A stretch of DNA of 64,000 bases from assembly GCA_964016885.1 (NCBI GenBank), contig OZ024755.1:14632001-14696000 (forward strand), in the 5' to 3' direction. The stretch comes from Eledone cirrhosa (taxonomy: Eukaryota). Positions within the stretch are counted from its first letter, which is position 1. Every line of letters begins with the position of its first letter. Positions 53,223 to 64,000 of the stretch are shown piece by piece. The translations under genes were made by a program, and so were the position numbers. Under the pieces are notes generated by a model. That model searched no databases and was not told the DNA's origin. It saw nothing but the letters and a program-made list of their open reading frames with translations.

Positions 53223-53476
53223 TAGAAGGCAACTCGGGAAACTGGGATAACTCCGATATAAAACCTGCGGTTCAGTAGTTACCGATGATGTTGATCTTTT
53301 CTTCTTTACGGGTTATAGCCACTGTCGCTGAGAGAGTGGGATTGGCTCAGTGCATAGTCTTTCCTCACTTTAAAAAATATCTTCACGCACAGGCATTGCA
53401 CAATAGAATGAATTAATAATTATTAATAATGGTATATCGTGCAATGGCCATACTCGATAATGAGGAGGCAGCCATC
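53221..53476 (+). mobile_element. Diverged relative of the RTE-derived element
   Basis: aactccgatataaaacctgc...gatgatgttgatctt...gagagagtgggattggct...gcacaggcattgc...tggccatactcgataatgag..ggcagccat. Confidence 0.7.
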
Positions 53477-53543
53477 AAATATATATATATATATATATAT
53501 ATGCATGTGTGTATATATGTATAGACATATATGTGTACGTGTG

Positions 53544-53579
<36 letters not shown>

Positions 53580-53765
53580 ATGTATATAACGATGTCTCCG
53601 TGTGATGGTCAGTTTGCTCGACACTGTCGATTCTTTTAAATTCACTATTAGTTTGGAACTTTTTTGTTCGCTCTCACTGCGGTAAAACAATCTTGTTTGT
53701 TTCTTTATTTATAACTGTCCAACTATATATATATATATATATATGCATGTGTGCTTGCTTGTGTG

Positions 53766-53802
<37 letters not shown>

Positions 53803-54006
53803 ACACATAAATATATATGTATATATGAGCATATGATTGTTTGTGCGTGTGCATACGATATATAACACTATATATATTACATTTGTGCTTGTGATCGATG
53901 TAGTTGTCATATATCTACGCACACACACACACACACACACACATGTATACATATGTGTGTTTGTGTGTGTGTATATGTATATATATGAATATACATACAC
54001 ACACAC

Positions 54007-54047
<41 letters not shown>

Positions 54048-54397
54048 TATATATATAGGTGTGTCTATATATATATATAAGTATAAATATATGTGTGTGC
54101 ATACATATATATGTAGATATGCGCGTTGAGTCACATACGTACAGACACATAAACATACATGTTTATGCGATAAATATACATATTACGTTAGTACTCTATT
54201 AACATTTTCTATCAAACAATGCGATAACTTTCCTCAATAAATCAAGCCAGGAGACATTCGATTTAATAGAGTAAAGAACAAACAAATATAAATGATGAAT
54301 ACTTTAATAACACAAGCCAAAATTTACTGGTCATATGAGTAAGTAAAATCAACGCGAATAAAAATAACAATGTTAAAAGCAAGTCAAAGTATTAAGA

Positions 54398-54518
54398 ATA
54401 AGTAAGAAAAATACTACTAATATTTAAAACGTTATAAGTAAGACAAAATACTACTAATATTTAAAACGTTATAAGTAAGACAAAATACTACTAAGTAAGA
54501 CAAAATACTACTACTACT
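54398..54518. repeat. ~37-bp minisatellite, 3-4 units
   Basis: ataagtaagacaaaatactactaatatttaaaacgtt repeated. Confidence 0.9.
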
Positions 54519-55949
54519 GATAATATAAATATTTGTATAAGTAAGTAAAAAGTACTTCTAATAATGATTTTTTATTAGCCACAGGGGCTTACACATAACA
54601 ATACAGTGAATATAATATTTACAATGCATTTAGGGCTTGACAGACAATGTTGTATTAAAAAGAAGGAAGGAGTAAGGACATTATATAATAGAGAGATGAA
54701 TTTGGTAAAACATGATTTAAGTAAAATGATAACTGCATGCAAGGTCCCGGAAATCCTGAAAGAATCTTAAGGGTGCTGTATTGACATCGTTTCTAGAGCA
54801 TTTTTAAAGCTGACAGAGCCACTCTCCCCCCTCTCTCTGTATATATATGGCAGATTTCTTCAAGACAAGGATAGAGAGAAACAAAACACAATATTATGAA
54901 ATATAAAAGCAAGCCATAGGTAAAAACATTAAAATTAATAAAATAATGCAAGTGAAAATAGTATAAGATCAAAAACAATGTTATGTTAAACGTAAATTTG
55001 TAAATGTTCTCGGTATCGGTTCAGCATTAAACAATATTGCTTTCTTACTTATTAAATATAGTATTATCGTTGTTATTATAATAATGTGAGAAACAATAAG
55101 TGTCTGGAATTCAAAGTTCTTTTTTGTATTTTCGTATATTTGTATATTTGTACTGAGAAATTACGAAATTGGAACAGATAACTAGATTTATTCAGACGCA
55201 CACAAATAAACACAAACATAGTTAAAAATATCTTGAAATGCAATACGCACATATATACGTATAGAATATGCACATACATATATACACACATATAGATATA
55301 TACACATACAGTCACGTACACACTCACATGTTCATTTACATCTCATATTCGGACCACCCTAACTATATGTATGTGTGTATACATAGGTATGTATATGCGA
55401 TTTCTATGTGTCTTAAGTAAAATAGTGCAACTCATTTACTCTTAAAAGTAATCACTGTTCGTCTCGTGTCAAATAATTTATTCACTACGGGTCTTCTGTG
55501 ACTTTAAATTTTGTCTCTCGAAGTATATTAAACAAAGGTCAAAATACAGAATTAGTAGATATTTATACCAAACAATTTCAATAACATGGATGCGGATGAG
55601 CTATATTTACTTCTCAGAGAAGATAGTAATAAAGTTCGTTCATTCTTAGATATTGCAAGTAAATTACATTTTAATTCCTCGTTTTTATAGGGGGAAATCG
55701 AGAAAAGAGAAGATATCATTTAAAACATATCATTCATGCATACATAAATACATATATACGGGGATACATATATATGTATGCATCTGTAAATCCTGGTAGG
55801 ATCGTAAATTAAAAAACACATTCATACACACATGCATACTTAAATACATGATGACTGCAAACTCTGCTAAGAGTATTGCAATCGCTTGTCAGATTATAGA
55901 ATTCGGTGCACTTTTAGGCTACGGCCAGCCACACGAACTTGTAACAGAT

Positions 55950-56160
55950 TCTGAACAAGCAATGCCTGTGCTTTGAAGATTTTTTAAGTGGGGAAAGGCC
56001 TTACACTCGACCAATCCCACTCCCTGAGTATCGAAAACACTACCCGAAAAGGAGAACTGGTCAACATCATCGGATGCTTCCCAAGCTGCATTTTGTTTTT
56101 CAGTTTCCCTCTCCTGGAAAGGTGTTGAGACAATAACTGGGGGATTTTCACTCCCAGGTG
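55950..56160 (-). mobile_element. Diverged relative of the RTE-derived element
   Basis: aagcaatgcctgtgc...caatcccactccctgag...gtcaacatcatcggat...cagtttccctctcctgga. Confidence 0.6.
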
Positions 56161-56649
56161 AAAAAAAAACATAATAAAAAAGTACTATTTCGATGGTCAT
56201 TGACACTGCTGAGTTCCTCCACCCTTTGTATTTCATCTCGCAGGGTGTCCAAATATTACCCTCCTCATCAAACAAGCATGATGGGGATGCCGGTTTAGTC
56301 GGCAACGATCCGACCATGAGTCAGGCTGTATTTGGTTACATAAGTACATACATATATACGTGCACACATATGTGTGTCTGTAAGGACCCCAAACTCTTGT
56401 AGTGACACACTTCGTGACTTGGGCTTCGTCTAAACCTTGCAGAACCTATTCTTTCACCGAACACAACATATTACCACAGCACATTAACAGAAACCAGAGA
56501 TATAATGGGCGAGTTCCAGAAATAAAAATGGAGAAAGACTCAATGCGAAAAGATTAACCTCAGCGGGTTTTGAACTAAGATTGTAAAATATTCTATCTGA
56601 CGTGTTAACAAATCAGTCAATTTGCCGTGTAGACATACCTGTAAAGAGA

Positions 56650-56772
56650 CGACGAATTGGCAGAGACAGTAGAACGTCGGATAGAACGTTAGAACGTTTG
56701 CGATATTCGTTTCGGCTCTCTGCCCCTTGAGTTCAAATCTCACCGAGGTCAACTTTTCCTTCTATCCATTCC
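56650..56772 (+). mobile_element. Diverged tRNA-derived SINE, 5' part
   Basis: gaattggcagag..gtagaacgtcgga...gagttcaaatctcaccgaggtcaacttt. Confidence 0.65.
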
Positions 56773-57216
56773 ATTCTTCCTCTATATCTTTTTACTTCTT
56801 TTCGCTCTCACTTTCTATCCTTGTCTGGAAGAAATCTGCTGTATTCAGAACTGGAGAGGAGATGGGCTCTGACAGATTTTAAAAATGCCCTAGAACGGAC
56901 TCCCCCAGGAGTTACGGGACCACGTATGCATGAATACGTATATATGCTTCGCTAAAACATTACCATATATATATATATATATAGAACGAAATGGAATACA
57001 TATATAATCTGCAATAAAAAAATAAAAAATAAAATGCAATGAATGTGAATTAATATTGAAAATCATATTTGAAATTTAAAGGTCATATAAAGTTGAAAGT
57101 TAGTGATCAATGAAGTTTATCGGAGAAATAAATGACTATAATAGAACGATGGCATTGATATATCTGTGTTTCTACCTATCTATTTGTGATTAATCATTGT
57201 TATTTGTATATTTATA

Positions 57217-57298
<82 letters not shown>

Positions 57299-57699
57299 AC
57301 TATATATATATATATTATTACTATATATATATATATATATTATTACTATATATATATATATATATTATTACTATATATATATATATATGTGTGTGTGTGC
57401 GTTTATGTGTAAAGTATATATATATATATATAGAATTCTTAGCATAATAGATAAGCACTATGTCAGGTTAAAGGAATTCACAGATTTAATAGTTTATTGC
57501 AAGGAATGTAAATATTACAGTAAATAGAGCAAATCAGCAGTGAACGTATCAATAGTTAAATCGTTAATAGTAAAATTCTTAAATTGGATTATTCAAGCAA
57601 TGTGAAGACATATAAAACAGTAATGTATTTCTATATACTAATTCAGGTAACATACATGTGAAAACATATCCACATAGATACACACATAGACACATATAC

Positions 57700-57748
57700 A
57701 CACACATATATATATGTATGTATATATATATATATATATATATAAATT

Positions 57749-57793
<45 letters not shown>

Positions 57794-57794
57794 T

Positions 57795-57831
<37 letters not shown>

Positions 57832-57856
57832 TTACATATATATATATATATAAATT

Positions 57857-57895
<39 letters not shown>

Positions 57896-58482
57896 TTACA
57901 TATATATATATATATATATAGTTACACATATATATAGTTATACATATATATATATATATAGTAAAACATATATAGTTATATATATATATATATATAGTTA
58001 TACATATATATATATATATAGTAAAACATATATATAGTTATATATATATATATATATAGTTATATATATATATATATATAGTTATATATATATATATATA
58101 TAGTTATATATATATATATATAGATATATTGATATATATATATATAGTTATATATATATATATAGTTATATATATATATATATAGTTACATATATATATA
58201 TATATATATATAGTTACATATATATATATATAGTTACATATATATATATATATATAGTTACACATATATATATATAGTTATATATATATAGTTACATATA
58301 TATATATATATATAGTTACACATATATATATATAGATATATATATAAATATAGTTATATATAAATATAGTTATATATAAATATAGTTATATATATAGTTA
58401 TATATATATATAGTTACACATATATATATATAGATATATATAAATATAGTTATATATATATATAGTTACACATATATATAGT

Positions 58483-58514
<32 letters not shown>

Positions 58515-59097
58515 TATATATATATATATATATAGTTATATATAGTTATATATATATATATATAGTTATATATATATATATATATAGTTATATATATATA
58601 TATATATAGTTATATATATATATATATATAGTTATATATATATATATATATATAGTTATATATATATATAGTTATATATATATATAGTTATATATATATA
58701 TATATATATATAGTTATATATATATATATATATATAGTTATATATATATATATATATATAGTTATATATATATATAGTTATATATATATATATATATATA
58801 GTTATATATATATATATATATATAGTTATATATATATATATATATATAGTTATATATATATATATATATATAGTTATATATATATATATATAGTTATATA
58901 TATAGTTATATATATATATATATACATAACTATATATATATAGTTATATATATATAACGAAGGAAATGTGGTAAGGAACCAGGTGGACCATAACTAATGT
59001 ATATATATATATACATATGTATATATATATCTATATCTATATATTATATATATTTATAATATATATATTTATATATAAATGTTTATATATACATATG

Positions 59098-59132
<35 letters not shown>

Positions 59133-59195
59133 TATATATATTTATAATATATATATTTATATATACATATGTATATATATATGCATATGTATATA

Positions 59196-59229
<34 letters not shown>

Positions 59230-59278
59230 CATATGTATATATATATGTATATATATATACATATGTATATATATATAC

Positions 59279-59350
<72 letters not shown>

Positions 59351-59387
59351 GTATATATATATATATATATATACATACATATGTATG

Positions 59388-59456
<69 letters not shown>

Positions 59457-59457
59457 G

Positions 59458-59548
<91 letters not shown>

Positions 59549-60820
59549 GTATATATATACATATATATATGTATATATATACATATGTATATATATATAT
59601 ATACATATGTATATATATATATATACATATGTATATATATATATATACATATGTATGTATATATATATACATATGTATATATATATATATACATATGTAT
59701 ATATATATATATACATATGTATGTATATATATATACATATGTATGTATATATATACATATGTATATATATATATACATATGTATATATATATATACATAT
59801 GTATATATATATATACATATGTATATATATATATACATATGTATATATATATATACATATGTATATATATATACATATGTATATATATATACATATGTAT
59901 ATATATACATATGTATATATATATACATATATGTATGTATGTATATATATATATATATATACATATGTATGTATGTATATATATATATATACATATGTAT
60001 GTATGTATATATATATATATACATATGTATGTATGTATATATATATATATACATATGTATGTATGTATATATATATATATACATATGTATGTATGTATAT
60101 ATATATATATACATATGTATGTATGTATATATATATATACATATGTATGTATGTATATATATATATACATATGTATGTATGTATATATATATATACATAT
60201 GTATGTATGTATATATATATATACATATGTATGTATGTATATATATATACATATGTATGTATGTATATATATATATATACATATGTATGTATGTATATAT
60301 ATATATACATATGTATGTATGTATATATATATATACATATGTATGTATGTATATATATACATATGTATGTATGTATATATATATATACATATGTATGTAT
60401 ATATATATTTATATATATATGTATATATATATTTATATATATATGTATATATATATTTATATATATATGTATATATATATTTATATATATATGTATATAT
60501 ATATTTATATATATATGTATATATACATATGTATATATATATATACATTTATATGTATGTGAGTGTGAGCATATATACATATGTATATATATATATACAT
60601 ATACATTTATATGTATGTGAGTGTGAGCATATATACATATGTATATATATATACATATGTATATATATATATACATATACATATATATACATATGTATAT
60701 ACATATATACATATACATTTATATATATGTGAGTGTGAGCATATATAATATGTATATATATATATATATACATACGTATATATATATATATACATATACA
60801 TTTATATATATGTATATATA
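57700..60820. repeat. Compound TA arrays (AAATTTAC, GTTA, then CATATG interruptions)
   Basis: Direct inspection; interrupted at 58956-58994 by an element end. Confidence 0.95.
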
Positions 60821-61192
60821 CATTTAGATGTATGACTGTGTCCCCAGTGAATTGACAGATGGTTTATTGATGATGTCCCTTATTCATGATTATTCATAAT
60901 TCATAATGATCTTTCATTGAAAGCCGGCGTCCATCAGCACCTCCTCCACATAATATTTCTTTAAAATACTCTCCTTGTTAAACACCAGCCAGCATTACAT
61001 CCCTCTACCACCACCGCCATCACTACAAACACCAGCCCCACAGCTAACATCACTACCTACAAAACTTACCACCAACACCACCATGACAACTACTGTCACC
61101 TACATCTAAATCACTACCACCATTTCCACCTGCATCGCTAGCATGACCATTACTACTACTACTACTACTACTACAATCACTACTACTACAAT

Positions 61193-61225
<33 letters not shown>

Positions 61226-61658
61226 ACCACCACCATTATCATCCCTAACACCACCTTAGCATCCCACTCCTTCTTTACCCATTATCTCGTAATACATGTC
61301 ACTATTACAGCAGCCAGGATGCGAGGTGGTGAAGGTTCACGTTGATCCTTGTGGTAGTGAGGTGGAATTGGTGCGAATTCCCTGTTTTATGGCTTGGCCG
61401 TTATGAAAATATGTTTACATGTAATGTGTGAGTACGAAAGGTTAGGTCAATAGTTGCTGAATTTGTTGATGTGAGTAAAAAGCCTTTAATACCTGATGGA
61501 TGTGTAGGAAAGCCGATTTGATACACGGCGTATCATAGACATTTTAAAACCTGATAGAACCCCTCGCTTTCTAGGCCAGAACAGAGAGGGGGAGGGGGAG
61601 TCAGTGAAGAGACAGGGAAAGAGAAGGAGTGAGATATAGATAGATCGATAGATAGAGT

Positions 61659-61738
<80 letters not shown>

Positions 61739-61747
61739 GTACAAGAG

Positions 61748-61810
61748 TGGTACTCAATTTATCGACCACGACATAATGAAAGGCAAAGTTGACCTCGGCA
61801 TTATTTGAAA
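61748..61810 (-). mobile_element. SINE fragment
   Basis: tggtactcaatttatcgacc...atgaaaggcaaagttgacctcggcattatttgaa. Confidence 0.65.
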
Positions 61811-62059
61811 TGAGTGGGCAGTGAGCCGGAACAAGTTCCGAGGGTCTGCCGCTTTTGATGTCTCGCAAACAAAGAATAAATAAAAATATGAAATCATAAT
61901 AATGTTTAGAAGGTCGTCTGATGAAAAAAAGATGACACACACACATAAATATACATACACATTCGTAGATGTTTGCGTGTAGCCACACAAGTATGTATAT
62001 GTATACTTTACCCTCGATATATATATACATACACACACTCTCACACACACACACACACA

Positions 62060-62141
<82 letters not shown>

Positions 62142-62210
62142 TAAGGGCTCACTTTGCTGAACCAACAGTAACTTGATTGACATTACAATACCTGATATAT
62201 ATATATATAT

Positions 62211-62393
62211 ATAATTGTTTCTACGTTTGGCACAAGGCCAGCAAATACTCAGTGCATTACTGGTACTTTATTTTATCGACCCCGTAAGGATGAAAGGCAA
62301 AGTTAACCTCGGCGAGATTTGAACTCAGAATGGAAAGTGCTGTAACTCTTTGCGTCAAAGCATGGCGTCCGACCCTCTACTGATACTGCCAAT
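62211..62393 (-). mobile_element. tRNA-derived SINE, near full length
   Basis: Matches the family consensus. Confidence 0.9.
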
Positions 62394-63340
62394 TATATAA
62401 TGTGTGTGATTGACTTACTATACACGCGTTTTTTTTCGCGAGAAAAAAATCCCGTTTTCTTTCTTGCTCGCGTACATCTTCCAATGAACGAATAACGTCC
62501 GAAACGATACAGCTATTTTCCTGTTATATAAAATATTACAGAGGGTTGAATGTCGAACCGAAGGGTTTGCTTCGTGCAAGCCACGTATTACTAATTCTCA
62601 TAATGATAAGATAGAGGAAAAGCAACCAAATCTGTCTCAAAATATCTCTTCAACAAATTTATGAAATGCATGCCTGTCTCGTCAGGTTTTGGGGCTGGTG
62701 TGCTACGACTGTCAGGTTATACTATACTCCCCACACTATGTCGTTGTTGACCACGTTAACCCAACATTTCAGGACATATTCTTCTGTCCACTTCTGATTG
62801 AGACTGGCTAGGCTAATAATGATTAGAGAAAGACAAATAAAGGTTTTCCAAAGGCTTTTTTGAAATATTATAAATTGAAATATTATAATTAAACTAAGCT
62901 AAACTTGATTAAAGGAACAGATATCCTCGCGCTAGTGAAAACGAATTTTTGTTAATAGAGTTATATGAAGATACTTCCACATCTGATGCAATTATCTCCC
63001 TTGTATCAAACAAACAAAAAACACATAGAGAAGCTTGTAGCAAACAAGGTGACATTCATTTATTTCAACTATAATATTGTGTTGCAAAAACGTGTAAAAC
63101 GTAATGAAAATTATTACGATAAAATAAAGTTATGGTATATTTAAAGCTAATAAATCTAAGAATTTTAGTCATAACGATACTAATTGTAAAAATAATAGCA
63201 ATCACAATACCTTAATAACTTCTATTCAAATATATCGTAGGGGGACGTGTGAAACCGATGTAAAATAACAGGCGTTAACACTAAATGGAAAATGAACTTG
63301 GGCCTTGACTCTTAGATAAAGGAATCATTAAATGATATAT

Positions 63341-63522
63341 TTATTTCTACTTTTGGAACAAGGCCGACACTTATCCCAGTGCATTACTGGTACTATATTT
63401 TATCGACCTCGTAAGGAGGAAAGGCAAAGTTAACCTCGGCGGAATTTGAACTTAGACAATAAAGGGCCGTAACTCTTTGCTGCAAAGCATGGCGTCCGAC
63501 CCTCTACCGATACTGCCAATCC
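63341..63522 (-). mobile_element. tRNA-derived SINE with a 14-bp TSD
   Basis: Family consensus; CATTAAATGATATA at 63326-63339 and 63522-63535. Confidence 0.92.
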
Positions 63523-64000
63523 ATTAAATGATATAATGCTGCGTTAAAGGGTATAAAACTCTGTATGTATGTATGTATGTATGGAAATTAATATGAAAGT
63601 ATGTATGTATATAAATATGTATGTATGTATGTAAATATGTTCGTATTTATGTGTTTTTGTGTGTATGTATATATGTATGCAAAAGATTAAACGGACACAA
63701 AGAAGAAAACAACACAGTACACTGAAGAAATCTTTTAGTTTAACGTTTGATATAGTACAACTCTCTCAAAACAATTTTTTATAATAATACAGTTACCCCT
63801 TACACACATTTTTCTAACAACCCTTTGTAATTTTATATTGATCCCCATCAGTTTGGTTCTAAGGTCTCAATTCTTACCCGGCTTCAATTCTGTATACCCA
63901 GATTTACCCTTTACATAAAATTACCAATTAATTATCTTTTGTACTTGCATTCCACATGAATATTTCTATATTAAACACGGCATCATTCACCAGCCTGCAG

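Overview
Eukaryotic (animal), very AT-rich, repeat-dominated non-genic or intronic DNA. The SINE families and huge (TA)n-based arrays resemble coleoid cephalopod (Octopus-like) genomes; this is inference, not a database result. I found no intact host protein-coding gene: nearly all listed ORFs are translations of microsatellites. Supported content: (i) two decayed Penelope-like (PLE) GIY-YIG/RT fragments and a cluster of minimal type-I hammerhead ribozyme motifs, several inside inverted duplications; (ii) a 5'-truncated CR1-clade LINE with an open ORF2 3' end; (iii) five copies of a bipartite RTE-derived non-autonomous element ending in a C2H2 zinc-finger coding remnant; (iv) about a dozen tRNA-derived SINE copies, including a ~96% identical inverted pair; (v) mariner-like end fragments; (vi) an unclassified TA-embedded element with a ~52-bp hairpin; (vii) kb-scale interrupted TA arrays and a 200-N assembly gap. 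The most interesting signal is the set of hammerhead-bearing PLE-type ends that sit in or end at TA microsatellites. All alignments and folds were done by eye.
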